A DNA stretch of 64,000 nucleotides from Myxococcota bacterium (GCA_039028615.1 JBCCHT010000052.1:28821-92820); one strand, 5' to 3'. Shown: positions 26,509 through 39,527, numbered from the stretch's first letter. The notes: a model not told the origin generated them from the letters alone. A program made the numbers and translations.

Positions 26509-26928
26509 ATGCGGCACCACCTCGAGCGACTCACCGTCGCGACACCCGGACGCGGCACGACCGACATCACCGCCCCGGTGCAGCAGGTCGTGCGAGCGGC
26601 CGAGGTGCAGCAGGGTCAGTGCACCGTGTTCGTGCACCACACCTCGGCCTCGCTCATCATCTGCGAGAACGCGGACCCGGCCGTGCGTCGCGACCTCGAG
26701 GCCTTCGCCGCTCGCCTCGTCCCTGACGGTGACCCGCTATACGAACACGTCGACGAAGGCCCGGACGACATGCCGGCCCACGTGCGCAGCATCCTGACGC
26801 AGTGCTCGATCACCATCCCCGTCGATCGCGGTCGAGCCGACCTGGGGACGTGGCAGGGCATCTATCTGTGGGAGCACCGCCACGCCGCGCATCGCCGCAC
26901 GGTCACCGTCACCGTGCTCGGCCGCTGA
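26509..26928 (+). CDS. yjbQ: YjbQ / UPF0047 family protein
   Basis: HTSASL..ENADP.V..DL, EGPDDMPAH, LGTWQGIYLWEHR. Confidence 0.9.
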   Translation: MRHHLERLTVATPGRGTTDITAPVQQVVRAAEVQQGQCTVFVHHTSASLIICENADPAVRRDLEAFAARLVPDGDPLYEHVDEGPDDMPAHVRSILTQCSITIPVDRGRADLGTWQGIYLWEHRHAAHRRTVTVTVLGR

Positions 26929-26946
26929 ACGAGAGAGCGCAACGCC

Positions 26947-27792
26947 ATGGCCAACGCCGCACGCAAACGACTCGGTCGCGCCATGACCCGCACCATCGCG
27001 AGCCACGGGCTCGTGGAGGCCGGCGACAAGATCATGGTCGCGGTCTCGGGCGGCAAGGACAGCTACACCCTGCTCGACCTTCTGTGGGAAGCCCGACGAC
27101 GCGCGCCCTTTCCCTTCGACGTCGTCGCGGTGCACCTCGATCAAGGACAGCCCGGCTACGACGGCGCTCCGTTGCGCGGCTGGCTCGAGCGCTTCGGGGC
27201 CCCCTTCGAGATCGTCGAGCAGGACACCTACACCACCGTGCTTCGCCTGACTGCGGCGGGGAAGAGCTACTGCGGCCCCTGCTCGCGCATGCGCCGAGGC
27301 ATCCTCTACACCACCGCGGAGCGCCTGGGGTGCAACAAGATCGCCTTGGGGCACCATCGTGACGACGCGCTCGAGACCCTGCTGCTCAACCTCTTTTATG
27401 CAGGCAAGCTGCAAGCGATGCCCGCCGGATACACCACCGACGACGGGCGCTTCGAGGTGATTCGCCCCCTCATCGAGTGTGCCGAAGCCGACATCATCGA
27501 GCATGCAGCCGAAGCTGCATATCCCATTCTTCCCTGCAATTTGTGCGGTTCACAGGATGGTCTGCATCGACAGAAGATGGGCGAGCTGCTGCGGACGCTC
27601 GAGCAGGACAACCCGCATGTGCGCTCGGTGATGCTCAATGCGCTGCGCAACGTGCGGCCGACCCACCTGCTCGACCCCACCGTCATGCGACGTCCCGCCC
27701 CGTCAACCGGAACCGATGCAGCCGAGCCCGAGGCCTCGGCGCAGCCCCGCCACCGCTTGCGGGTCATCGACGACGCCGAGTCGGTAGGCTAG
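26947..27792 (+). CDS. ttcA: tRNA 2-thiocytidine(32) synthetase
   Basis: PP-loop SGGKDSY, CGPCSRMRRG, LGHHRDD, PCNLCGSQ. Confidence 0.93.
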   Translation: MANAARKRLGRAMTRTIASHGLVEAGDKIMVAVSGGKDSYTLLDLLWEARRRAPFPFDVVAVHLDQGQPGYDGAPLRGWLERFGAPFEIVEQDTYTTVLRLTAAGKSYCGPCSRMRRGILYTTAERLGCNKIALGHHRDDALETLLLNLFYAGKLQAMPAGYTTDDGRFEVIRPLIECAEADIIEHAAEAAYPILPCNLCGSQDGLHRQKMGELLRTLEQDNPHVRSVMLNALRNVRPTHLLDPTVMRRPAPSTGTDAAEPEASAQPRHRLRVIDDAESVG

Positions 27793-27803
27793 CCTCGTCG
27801 ACC

Positions 27804-29063
27804 GTGAAGCTTCAGGATCTCAAAGGCGAAAAGCTCGGCATCTGCGTCTCGGGAGGGCTCGACTCCAAGACGGTGACCCTGCGGCTCCGCGAAGAGGGTC
27901 TCGACGTGCTCGGCTTTACGGCCGACCTCGCCCAGCCCGACGAAGAGGACATCAACGACGTCGCCGAGCGCATGGCGACCACCGGGGCCGAGACGGTCAT
28001 CGTCGATCTCAAAGACGAGATGGCGGAGGCCTGCTACATGATGATCAAGGCCCAGGCGATGTACGACGGGGGCTACTGGAACACCACGGGCATCGCCCGG
28101 GCGGTGACCGTGCAGGGCCTTCTGGGGCCGATGCGCGACCGAGGCTGCACCGTGCTCGTGCACGGAGCCACCGGCCGCGGCAACGACCAGATCCGTTTCG
28201 AGCGCTACACCAACACGCTCGCGCCGGACATGAAGGTGTACGCGCCCTGGCGTGACGACGCGCTGCTCGAGCAGTTCCCCGGTCGCATGCAGATGGCCGC
28301 CTACCTGCAAGACCGCGGCATCGAGGCCAAGGTCGAGAAGAAGCGCTACTCCACCGATGCCAACCTCGCCGGCCTGTCGCACGAGGCCGAGGACCTCGAG
28401 GACCTGAGCACCTCCGAGCTCATCGTCGATCCCGACATGGGCGTGTGGCCGCACCAGGCCCCCGAGGAGCCGGAAGACTTCACCGCCCGCTTCGAGGCGG
28501 GTCGCTGCGTGGCGATCAACGGCGAGGCGGTCACGCCCCTGCAGGCCATGCTGCGCGCCAACCAGATCGCCGGTCGCAACGGCATCGGCATGCGCAACGC
28601 GCTCGAGAACCGAGTCATCGGCACCAAGAGCCGCGGCGTGTACGAGGCCCCCGGCCTCGAGCTGCTCGGGCACTGCCTGCGCGCTGTCTACCAGACCACC
28701 ATGGATCGCCGCTCGACCGGCTTGTTCCACGCGATGTCTCGACTCATCGCCGAGCAGGTCTACGACGCTCGCCTCTTCGACCCGGGAGCTCGGGCCGCAC
28801 TGGCGGGCATCGACGTGCTGGCCAGCTACGCCACCGCCGAGGTTCACGTGTCGCTGTATCGCGGCAACATCTACTTCGAAAACCTCATCGACTGCCCGCA
28901 CTCGCTGTACAACCCCGCCGATGCATCGATGGAGGCGAGCGATGGTCTCGACCCTCGCAGCGCTCAGGGCTTCGTCGAGGTGCAGGCCTGCGAGGCGTTG
29001 AACATTGCCCGGGCGGGGCAGATCGCCAACCCCTTCTGGGGCCAGGGCAAGGGCCAGGGCTGA
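27804..29063 (+). CDS. argG: Argininosuccinate synthase
   Basis: SGGLDS, HGATGRGNDQIRFE, YSTDANL, ENRVIGTKSRGVYEAPG; GTG start 11 bp after ttcA. Confidence 0.93.
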   Translation: MKLQDLKGEKLGICVSGGLDSKTVTLRLREEGLDVLGFTADLAQPDEEDINDVAERMATTGAETVIVDLKDEMAEACYMMIKAQAMYDGGYWNTTGIARAVTVQGLLGPMRDRGCTVLVHGATGRGNDQIRFERYTNTLAPDMKVYAPWRDDALLEQFPGRMQMAAYLQDRGIEAKVEKKRYSTDANLAGLSHEAEDLEDLSTSELIVDPDMGVWPHQAPEEPEDFTARFEAGRCVAINGEAVTPLQAMLRANQIAGRNGIGMRNALENRVIGTKSRGVYEAPGLELLGHCLRAVYQTTMDRRSTGLFHAMSRLIAEQVYDARLFDPGARAALAGIDVLASYATAEVHVSLYRGNIYFENLIDCPHSLYNPADASMEASDGLDPRSAQGFVEVQACEALNIARAGQIANPFWGQGKGQG

Positions 29064-29080
29064 CCGGCCCTGATGCCAAG

Positions 29081-29113
29081 AACCGGGCGCTAGCCCCGCG
29101 TAGGGCCCGGTTT
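29081..29113 (+). terminator. Probable intrinsic terminator after argG
   Basis: AACCGGGCgCTA...TAGgGCCCGGTTT stem-loop just after the stop codon. Confidence 0.5.
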
Positions 29114-29226
29114 AGGCGCGCAACAAGCTGCACACTACGGTTCACGGCCAATGATCTCGCGACCTGTCACTGCGGCGGGACGAGCGTCGCCGCCGAACGA
29201 AAACCGGATGCTACTGTTTGGGCAGG

Positions 29227-30153
29227 ATGCAGCTGTCGGGCGCCTTGCGATGGATACCTGTGTTGAGCTTGGTCGTTCTCCCGGCTTGTCCCGAGGAAGA
29301 CCCACCCGAGCAGACCACCACTGAGCAGAGCGAGGACTCGACCACGACGTTCTCGCCTGCGACCGGAAGCAACACGCCCATGGCGGACACGGTCTCCGAG
29401 GAGACCTCGCCGACCCTCGACGAGGAGACGGGCAAGGACCCGATGGGTGGCCAGTGCGACATGTTCGCGCAGGACTGCAACGAAGGGGAAAAGTGCGTGC
29501 CCTGGTCGGAGAACGCCGACCTCGTGCCCGACGACATTCGTTGCTGCCCCATCTCGCAGCCCGAGGTGCAGGCGGGCGACATCTGTGTGGTCGACGGCTA
29601 CTTCGGCAGCTGCATGGACAACTGCACCCCCGGCACCATCTGCCTCGACATCGATGGCGACGGTGAGGGCGTGTGCCAGGAGATGTGCGGGGGCGAGCCC
29701 GACAATCCCGAGTGCGAGAACGGCATCGACGACGAGTGCTTCGTCTACTACGGCGGCGTGCCGCTGTGCTTTGCCAAGTGCGACCCGCTGCTCCAAGACT
29801 GTCCCTCGGACAAGGGCTGCTACCCCGACGCCATCGCCGAGGGCGGCACCGGCTTCTTGTGCATGCCGACCGTGGGCGACAACCCGCTGGGCGGGTACTG
29901 CTGGCTGCTGTCCAACTGCAACCCGGGCATGATCTGCGCCACGCCGGACCTGCTGCCCAACTGCTTCGGCGGCGCGGGTGATGCCGGGTGCTGCACGGAC
30001 CTGTGCGACATCACCGAGAGCCCGGATCCCTGCCAGCAGCTCCACGAGGATATGGAGTGCGTGCCCTGGTACTACCAGGGCGCCCCGCCGCCCTCGACCG
30101 AGCTGCAGAACGTCGGCGCCTGCGTGCTCCCGACCGTGGGCGGCGGCGCCTGA
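29227..30153 (+). CDS. Cysteine-rich lipoprotein of unknown function
   Basis: Signal ending LPAC, Thr-rich linker, 28 further Cys, internal duplication CDxxxQDCxxxxxCxP. Confidence 0.85.
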   Translation: MQLSGALRWIPVLSLVVLPACPEEDPPEQTTTEQSEDSTTTFSPATGSNTPMADTVSEETSPTLDEETGKDPMGGQCDMFAQDCNEGEKCVPWSENADLVPDDIRCCPISQPEVQAGDICVVDGYFGSCMDNCTPGTICLDIDGDGEGVCQEMCGGEPDNPECENGIDDECFVYYGGVPLCFAKCDPLLQDCPSDKGCYPDAIAEGGTGFLCMPTVGDNPLGGYCWLLSNCNPGMICATPDLLPNCFGGAGDAGCCTDLCDITESPDPCQQLHEDMECVPWYYQGAPPPSTELQNVGACVLPTVGGGA

Positions 30154-30172
30154 GCCCGAGCCCCACCACGTG

Positions 30173-30970
30173 ATGCCCCACGCGCTGGCCCACGCCGACC
30201 GCACGCTGGTCCGCGAGATTCGTCGCGGGCTGAAGCAGGCAGCGGTCGCCGCCGATGCAGCGCCGATGCAGCGCTACATGAAGTCGGCCATGCCCTACCG
30301 CGGGGTCAAGAAGCCGGCTCGGGCCGCGGCGACGCGTCCGCTCTTCGCCGAGCACCCGCTGCCGGACTGGCCCGCGCTGCGGGACACGGTGCTGATGCTG
30401 TGGCGAGAGGCGAAGTTCCGCGAGGAACGCTACGCGGCCATCGACCTGTCGCGTCAGCGTCGCTATCGCGACCTCCACCGCCCCGCCGCGCTGGGCACCT
30501 TCGAAGAGCTCGTGGTGACCGGCGCGTGGTGGGACTACGTGGACGAGGTGGCCAAGCACAACGTGGGGACGATCCTGCGCGCCAGCCCCAAGGGCATGAA
30601 CCGGACGCTGCGGGCGTGGGCCAAGCACCAAGACCTGTGGAAGCGCCGGACGGCGATCCTCGCTCAGCTGGCGTTCAAGAAGGACACCGACGAAGCGCTG
30701 CTCGCCGATTGCATCGCGCCGAGCCTGGGCGCCGACTACCACCATGCCCACCGCGGTCCCGGCCAGTCCCAGGGGCACCCGATGATCCAAAAGGACGTCG
30801 ACTTCTTCATCCGCAAGGCCATCGGCTGGGCGCTGCGCGAGTACGCCAAGTCGAACCCGCGGTGGGTCGTCGACTACGTGTACGAGCACGCCGAGCAGCT
30901 GCCCCGCTTCAGTCAGAAGGAGGCGCTGCGGGTGCTCATCGCCGACGGCTTCGTCGACGGCCTGCCCTAG
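30173..30970 (+). CDS. DNA alkylation repair protein (AlkD-like HEAT-repeat glycosylase)
   Basis: MQRYMKS..P..GV, WWDYVD, LWKRRTAI, FFIRKAIGWALREYAK. Confidence 0.88.
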   Translation: MPHALAHADRTLVREIRRGLKQAAVAADAAPMQRYMKSAMPYRGVKKPARAAATRPLFAEHPLPDWPALRDTVLMLWREAKFREERYAAIDLSRQRRYRDLHRPAALGTFEELVVTGAWWDYVDEVAKHNVGTILRASPKGMNRTLRAWAKHQDLWKRRTAILAQLAFKKDTDEALLADCIAPSLGADYHHAHRGPGQSQGHPMIQKDVDFFIRKAIGWALREYAKSNPRWVVDYVYEHAEQLPRFSQKEALRVLIADGFVDGLP

Positions 30971-30973
30971 CAC

Positions 30974-32056
30974 TCACTGGGCGGGGCCCTGCTGGGCGGC
31001 GCCTTCGAGCGACAACACCTCGACGCGGTCGCCCTCGATGAGCAGCACCTGCACCGCGCCGCCGTAGTGCGCCGCCATGCCGACGTCGATGCGCCAGACC
31101 TTGCCGTCGCACGCAGACGTGATGCCCTTTTCCTGCACGGTGTGGCCGACGACCATGCGCTTGGCCTCGAGGCGTTCCAGTGCTTCGTCGAGCAGACCGC
31201 AGGCCTCGGCGTCGTCGCGCGCGTACATGCGAGTCCACACCATGCCTTCGCGACCGAGCACGTGCGGCTCGAGCTTGCTGCCGTCGTTGCGCCCGACGAG
31301 CCACCCGCGTACCTCGGCGTTGTGGGCTTCGAGCGAGGCGACACCTTCGGGCACATGTTGCGGGAGCACGCCGCCGTGCACGAACACGCTGTCGCCCACG
31401 ACCACCGCCGTGTTCCGATGGGCGATCATGGTGGCGTAGGGGCCTCCCGGCCGGAACGCAGCCATGCGGGCTCGAGCCTCGGGCGGCAATTTCTGCAGCG
31501 TGGCATCGTCGAGATCCAAGCCCTCAATTCCTTCAAAATCGCGGAAGCCACCGGGAGTCACATAGCGGAGATCACCCAGGGCATTCATCAACTCGTGGTT
31601 GCCGAGCAGGGCATGAAAGGCCCCACCCGCCGCCGCGGCCTCCACCCGGAGCCGGTCAAAAAGGTCCAAGATCTCCTGCTCGTCATCCCCCCGATCGAGT
31701 TGATCCCCGGTCTGCACGACAACCAGGGATTCCCCGACCCAGTGGTCTTTGGCATCGATGGCGCCGGTCAACCGCAAGGCTTGCCGCGTCGCCCGAAGAT
31801 CGCCGTGGACGTCGCCCAGCGCCATCAATCGCGGCGGAGCGGGGAAACGGGCAGGAAGGCTCGGGACCTCGAGCGCCTCGGCCTTCGGCACCGCCGGGGC
31901 GGTGGGGGCCTCGGCCTTCCGCTGAACGGTTGGGTTGGGTGGGGGCTCACGTTCCGTCGCGGGCGGAGGCTCCATCCGACATGCGCCCGAAATCGCCACT
32001 GCCCATACACCTAGTAGGCTCGCCCACACCCAACTCGACTGGACCTGCTGGCTCAC
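30974..32056 (-). CDS. Calcineurin-like metallophosphoesterase (Shewanella-like phosphatase), probable lipoprotein
   Basis: GDVHGD, GDQLDRG, GNHE, FVHGG, VVGHT, IDVGM; lipobox-like ISGAC; start uncertain. Confidence 0.87.
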   Translation of the reverse strand: MSQQVQSSWVWASLLGVWAVAISGACRMEPPPATEREPPPNPTVQRKAEAPTAPAVPKAEALEVPSLPARFPAPPRLMALGDVHGDLRATRQALRLTGAIDAKDHWVGESLVVVQTGDQLDRGDDEQEILDLFDRLRVEAAAAGGAFHALLGNHELMNALGDLRYVTPGGFRDFEGIEGLDLDDATLQKLPPEARARMAAFRPGGPYATMIAHRNTAVVVGDSVFVHGGVLPQHVPEGVASLEAHNAEVRGWLVGRNDGSKLEPHVLGREGMVWTRMYARDDAEACGLLDEALERLEAKRMVVGHTVQEKGITSACDGKVWRIDVGMAAHYGGAVQVLLIEGDRVEVLSLEGAAQQGPAQ

Positions 32057-32138
32057 GGCGGGGATGGTAGCAAGCCTCTCGCCGCACGACGGATTCGACC
32101 CGGACGGCCGGGAAACACGATACCCTTGCCGCTGGGTG

Positions 32139-33278
32139 ATGGGCACGCCGGCTCAGGATGGGATCGCGGCACGGATTCTGGTCGTCGACGACGAGGCCGG
32201 AGTTCGACGCGTCCTCAAGCGACTTCTCAGTAGCGAGGGCTACGAGGTTCTCGAAGCAGCAAGTGGCCAAGAAGGTCTCGAGCTTCTTTGGACTCATGGC
32301 GCCGACACCGTCTTGCTCGACGTGATGATGCCGCGCATGGATGGCCTCGAGGTCTGTCGTCGCATCCGCAAGAACAGTCGCACCGCACATACCCCGGTGG
32401 TGTTCATCACCGCCGCCGTCGATCGACAGTTCCGCCGTCAGGCTCGCAAGGCCGGCGCCGACGACTTTCTCTCCAAGCCTTTCGACGAGGTCGAGCTGCT
32501 CGCCCGTGTCAACAACACGGTCCGCATGAAGCTCTACTACGACCGCCTCACTCGCGAGCGTAACCGGCTCCGCAACGAGGTCGACGGTCGGACCCGAGCG
32601 CTGGACGAAGCCACCGAGCGCCTCGAGCGGTTGCAGGAAGAGCTTCGCTTCGCTCGCCAAGAAACCATCGGTCGACTCGCTCGAGCCGCCGAGTTCCGCG
32701 ACGACGAGACGGCGGCGCATCTGCAGCGGATGAGCCACTACTGCTATCTCATCGGCAAGAAGAAGGATCTCGACGACTACACCTGCGAGATGCTTCGGAT
32801 CGCCAGCCCGATGCACGACGTCGGGAAGATCGGCATCCCCGATCACATCCTGCTCAAGCCGGGGCGACTGACCGCGGACGAGTACACGATCATGAAGCAG
32901 CACGCGGAGATCGGGTACCAGATCCTCTCCGGGTCCGAGTCGCCGCTGGTCAAGCTCGCCGCCAACATCGCCCACACCCACCACGAGAAGTGGGACGGCT
33001 CCGGCTATCCGCGCGGGCTCCAGGGCGAGGACATTCCCATCGAAGGGCGCATCGCCGCGGTGGCCGACGTGTTCGACGCGTTGACCTCCGAGCGACCCTA
33101 CAAAAAGGCGTGGCCGCTCGAAGACGCGGTGTCCCTGCTGCAGCGGGGCCGTGAGGCGCACTTCGATCCCGAGCTCGTCGACCTGTTCTTGGACTCGATG
33201 GACGAGGTCCTCGAGATCCGCGACGAGTTCAAGGACACCCACGCGAATACCGAAGAGTCGGCGCGTCGGCAGGCGTGA
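32139..33278 (+). CDS. Response regulator with HD-GYP c-di-GMP phosphodiesterase domain
   Basis: REC motifs ILVVDDE, LLDVMMP, SKPF; MHDVGKIG, HHEKWDGSGYP, ADVFDAL. Confidence 0.93.
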   Translation: MGTPAQDGIAARILVVDDEAGVRRVLKRLLSSEGYEVLEAASGQEGLELLWTHGADTVLLDVMMPRMDGLEVCRRIRKNSRTAHTPVVFITAAVDRQFRRQARKAGADDFLSKPFDEVELLARVNNTVRMKLYYDRLTRERNRLRNEVDGRTRALDEATERLERLQEELRFARQETIGRLARAAEFRDDETAAHLQRMSHYCYLIGKKKDLDDYTCEMLRIASPMHDVGKIGIPDHILLKPGRLTADEYTIMKQHAEIGYQILSGSESPLVKLAANIAHTHHEKWDGSGYPRGLQGEDIPIEGRIAAVADVFDALTSERPYKKAWPLEDAVSLLQRGREAHFDPELVDLFLDSMDEVLEIRDEFKDTHANTEESARRQA

Positions 33279-34153
33279 ACGCGGTCATCGACATCGGGTC
33301 GAACTCGGTCCTGATGCTGGTCGCCGAGCGTGACGAGCATGGCCGCGTGCACGTGGTCGAGGACTATGCCGAGATTTCGCGGCTGAGCGAAGGCGTGGCG
33401 GAGACGGGGCGGCTGAAGCCCGAGGCGATCGAGCGGACGGTGGCCGTGCTCGAGCGCCATCGGCATCGGGCCGAGGCCCACGGGGCACGGCTGCAGGCGG
33501 TGGCGACCGAAGGCCTGCGCTTGGCGAAGGATCCGCAGGTCTTCCTCGACCGTGCCGAGCAAGCGCTGGGGCAGCCGATCCGGCTCATCAGCGGCGACGA
33601 AGAAGCGACGCTGTCGTATCGCAGCGTGGCCGACGAAGCGCAGGCCGGCACGCTGCGGGTGATCGACATCGGCGGGGCGTCGACCGAGCTGGTCGCGGGC
33701 CACGGGTCGACGATAGAGGGTCGCAAGTCCCATCGCATCGGCTCGGTGCGGCTCACCGAGCGCTTCGTCGACTCCGACCCGCCCACGGCCGCGGCCCTGC
33801 ACGCGATCGAGTCGGCGGCACGGCAGGCCTTGGCGACGCAGCCCCTCGATCCTCACCCCGAGCTGCATGGACTGGCCGGCACGGTGACGACCGCCGCCGC
33901 GCTCATCCTCGATCTGCAGGACTACGATCGCGGGGTCGTGGATGGCAGTCGCTTCTCGATCGAACGAGTCCGAGACCTTCGCGATCGACTCGCCCGTCAG
34001 ACCACCGCGCAGCGCATGGCCTCGCCCATGCTCCCGGCCGGTCGCGCCGACGTCATCGTGACCGGGGTGACGATCTTGCTCGTCGCCATGGAGCACTGCG
34101 GCGCGCAGACTCTCGTCGTCCGCGATCGAGGTCTGCGCTACGCCCTGATCTAG
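33275..34153 (+). CDS. ppx: Ppx/GppA family phosphatase (single domain)
   Basis: IDIGSNS, ATEGLR, ISGDEEA, DIGGASTE, GRADVI; 4-bp overlap with the upstream gene. Confidence 0.88.
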   Translation: MNAVIDIGSNSVLMLVAERDEHGRVHVVEDYAEISRLSEGVAETGRLKPEAIERTVAVLERHRHRAEAHGARLQAVATEGLRLAKDPQVFLDRAEQALGQPIRLISGDEEATLSYRSVADEAQAGTLRVIDIGGASTELVAGHGSTIEGRKSHRIGSVRLTERFVDSDPPTAAALHAIESAARQALATQPLDPHPELHGLAGTVTTAAALILDLQDYDRGVVDGSRFSIERVRDLRDRLARQTTAQRMASPMLPAGRADVIVTGVTILLVAMEHCGAQTLVVRDRGLRYALI

Positions 34154-34187
34154 TCTCGCGCCTGCTCCGTGCTACGGTTGATCCACG

Positions 34188-35065
34188 ATGATGGCGTGGG
34201 GTCGCGTAGCGTTGGGTCTGGTGGTGAGCGCCGCGAGTTGGGCCTGCACGAGCGCGACGGGAAACGACACGACCGACGGCTCGAGCACCGGGTCCGTGTT
34301 CGTTCCTACCTCCACCGATGGCTCCGGGTCCGCCCCGAGCGTCGAGACCGACCCCCTCCCGCCGGCCACCACGACGGCCAGCGACCAGTGCGACGGCACG
34401 GGCGGCGAGTGGAGCAGCGGCGAAGACGGTGACGCCAGCGGCGATCCGCCCATCGGCATGGACGACGACATGCCGCTGGCTGCGCTCGTCGCCGAGATCC
34501 AGCAGGACATGGTCCCGCGCAGCACCTTCGTGCTCATCGAGAACGTCGTGGTGACCACCCGATCGGTGCCCACCGAGGCGGAAGAGGGCTTCGAGTTCTT
34601 CATCCAAGACCCGGCGGGCGGCCCTTGGTCGGGCCTACGCATTCGCATGCCGAGCGACGTGGCGCTGCCCGAGGTCGGCCGCGCCGTCGATGTCGTCGGG
34701 CACCTCATCGGCCGCCGCGGCTTCTACCTCATCGATACCTCGGGCACGAACGCCGAGGTGACCGACCTCGGCCCCGGGGTGATGCCCGAGCCCGCCCTGG
34801 TCGACGTGGCCGACCTGGCGCTCGACGACGAGCAAGGTCGCGCGTACGAGGGCGTGCACATCCGAGTCGAGCAGGTCGTGGTCACCGATGAAGACCCCTG
34901 CGATGGCGAGTTCGAGATCGAAGACACCGCGCGGGTCGACGACCGCTTCGCGCCGGGGCAGATCGAGGCTCCGCCCGAAGGCAGCATGCTCGCCGCGGTC
35001 GAAGGCGTGCTCGTGTTCGCCGAGGATGCCCTCGAGATCGCGCCCGGGAGCCCCGAAGACGTGGG

Positions 35066-35069
<4 letters not shown>
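34188..35069 (+). CDS. Lipoprotein with probable OB-fold domains
   Basis: Signal ending SWAC, Thr/Ser linker, FFIQD..GGPWSGL and YEGVHIRVEQVVV segments resembling OB-folds of secreted nucleases (recalled, not searched). Confidence 0.6.
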
Positions 35070-37680
<2,611 letters not shown>

Positions 37681-37684
<4 letters not shown>

Positions 37685-38310
37685 GAGCCCCGCCGGCCCC
37701 GAACCTCGGCCGCCCAGTCTTCCAGCGTCTCGATGGTCACGGGAGCATGCCCAGCGCCCGTCAGCTCCAGCTCGCGATCGACCTGCTCTCGCAATCGCGC
37801 GAGCCCCCGCCGCAGACGGGTGCGTACCGTGCCTTCGGCCAGCTCGAGCAGCTCCGCGATTTCCGAGCCGGTGAGGTTCTGGAAGTACTTGAGCTCCAGC
37901 ACCACCTGGTAGTCCAGCGAGACCCGCCGCAACCCCTCCACAAAGGCCTGGAGCTCGCGTCGGCGCATCTCCATGGAGCTCATGCTGCGCGGGTCGAGCT
38001 CGTGCACACACACGGTGGCGAAATCGATCTCCTCGCGCTGGCGCTTGGCCTTGCCGCGTAGGTATTCGCGCAGCACGTTGTGCGCGATCGAGTACACGAA
38101 GCGACGGAAGCTGGTCTCCCCGCGGAATCGATCACGCGCGCTCACACAGCCCAGGAAGGTCTGGCTCACGAGGTCGGGCACATCCGCCTCGTCGAAGACC
38201 TTGTTGCGGAAGAACCAGGTGACCTCGCGGGCCCGGCGCTCGAGCAACTGCGAGCCCGCCCGGCGGTCCCCGCCACGCCACGCCTCGAGCAGCTCAACGT
38301 CGGAGTCCAT
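37681..38310 (-). CDS. ECF sigma-70 family RNA polymerase sigma factor
   Basis: SDVELLEAWRGGD, DLVSQTF, FRRFVYSIAHN, region 4 EIAELLELAEGTVRTRLRRG. Confidence 0.92.
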
Positions 38311-38440
38311 CGCGCAGCACAGTGTAGCGATTTTGAGGAATCGTTTTCGTGGAGGTCGTCACTCGATGGATAGACTCGGTTCATCGCATCGCGACATGCT
38401 CGGCGGTGGGCCCCTCAGCCCCCGAACCTTGGCCTTTTCA

Positions 38441-39115
38441 ATGATCAAGCTCCCCATCGCTCTGCCCACTGCCCTGCTCACCATCGTGGCCCTGGGTGCC
38501 AGCGCCTGCGGCACGCAAGCGTCCTCCGAGGACACCGCCGCGGGCGACTCGACCGGCAGCCCCAGCGGCACCACGTCCTCGGGCGCCACGAGCCAGGCCA
38601 GCCCGGCCGGCCCCGACGGCACGGGTCAGCCGCAGCCGACCGACGACGGCGACGCCACGACCAGTGGGGCGACCAGCATCCCGCCGGGGACCTCCACCAG
38701 CACGGGGCCCGATAACGGCATCTCCTCCGATACCCACGACGAGGACGACGGCCCGCTACTCACCACGGGCAACGACATGGCCGTGCAGTGGGACGTGCAG
38801 GTTCGCTACACGATCGGCGACCAAGACCCGGTCGACGGGTTCTATGAAGCGACGACCTTGATCGACATGGACGAGTTCGAAGCCGTCGTCCCCATCCCCT
38901 CGGACGGCGGCGGGACCCACTACCTGTGGCTGTACGGCGACGTCGGTGCCGACGGCGTGACGGTGACCCTGACCGAGAGCTCCGTCTTCGACGTCTCGGT
39001 CGAAGGCACGGTGCTCATCGACGGGCCGCTGCTCGGAGGCTTCGGCACGCTGAACGACGCGGCGACCGGCAATCCGCTGGGCACCTGGGAAACCCTCTCT
39101 GCCGTGCCCCAGTGA
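38441..39115 (+). CDS. Hypothetical lipoprotein (Thr/Ser/Gly linker plus beta-rich domain)
   Basis: Signal ending GASAC, low-complexity linker, GC3-rich codons; divergent from the ECF gene. Confidence 0.75.
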   Translation: MIKLPIALPTALLTIVALGASACGTQASSEDTAAGDSTGSPSGTTSSGATSQASPAGPDGTGQPQPTDDGDATTSGATSIPPGTSTSTGPDNGISSDTHDEDDGPLLTTGNDMAVQWDVQVRYTIGDQDPVDGFYEATTLIDMDEFEAVVPIPSDGGGTHYLWLYGDVGADGVTVTLTESSVFDVSVEGTVLIDGPLLGGFGTLNDAATGNPLGTWETLSAVPQ

Positions 39116-39125
39116 GGGCGGCCCC

Positions 39126-39527
39126 TCAGTAGGCGTCCGTCTCGTCGCGACCGTGGCGAGACACGTCGCCGCGCGCCCGCTCGTCTTCGAGCAGCTCGAG
39201 CGCCTCGATGGTGTAGCGCGTGGTGGGCTCGGCATCGAGACGGGCGAAGGGAATCGGCTCGTCCGTCTCTTCGCACAGCCCGTAGGACCCTTGGTCCATG
39301 CGCTGCAACGCGGCTTCGACCTCACGCAGCCGCGCGTCGTGGTGCACGCGTCGGCGCAGCGCCGTGGTGCGACGAGCCTCTTCGGAGGCCTTGTCCTGCA
39401 GGTCGCCCAGCTCGTGCTCGGGATACGCCTCGGCGTCCTCGCTCACCTGACGCGCGTGGAGCTGATCTCGCTCGGTCTCGAGGCGGGTTCGCAGGGCCGC
39501 GAGCTGTTCGGGGCGCAGGTGCTCCAT
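39126..39527 (-). CDS. DksA/TraR family protein, single-cysteine variant
   Basis: Coiled-coil tip DLQDKA (DxxDxA); ALQRMDQGSYGLCEETDEPIPFARLDAEPTTRYT. Confidence 0.87.
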   Translation of the reverse strand: MEHLRPEQLAALRTRLETERDQLHARQVSEDAEAYPEHELGDLQDKASEEARRTTALRRRVHHDARLREVEAALQRMDQGSYGLCEETDEPIPFARLDAEPTTRYTIEALELLEDERARGDVSRHGRDETDAY

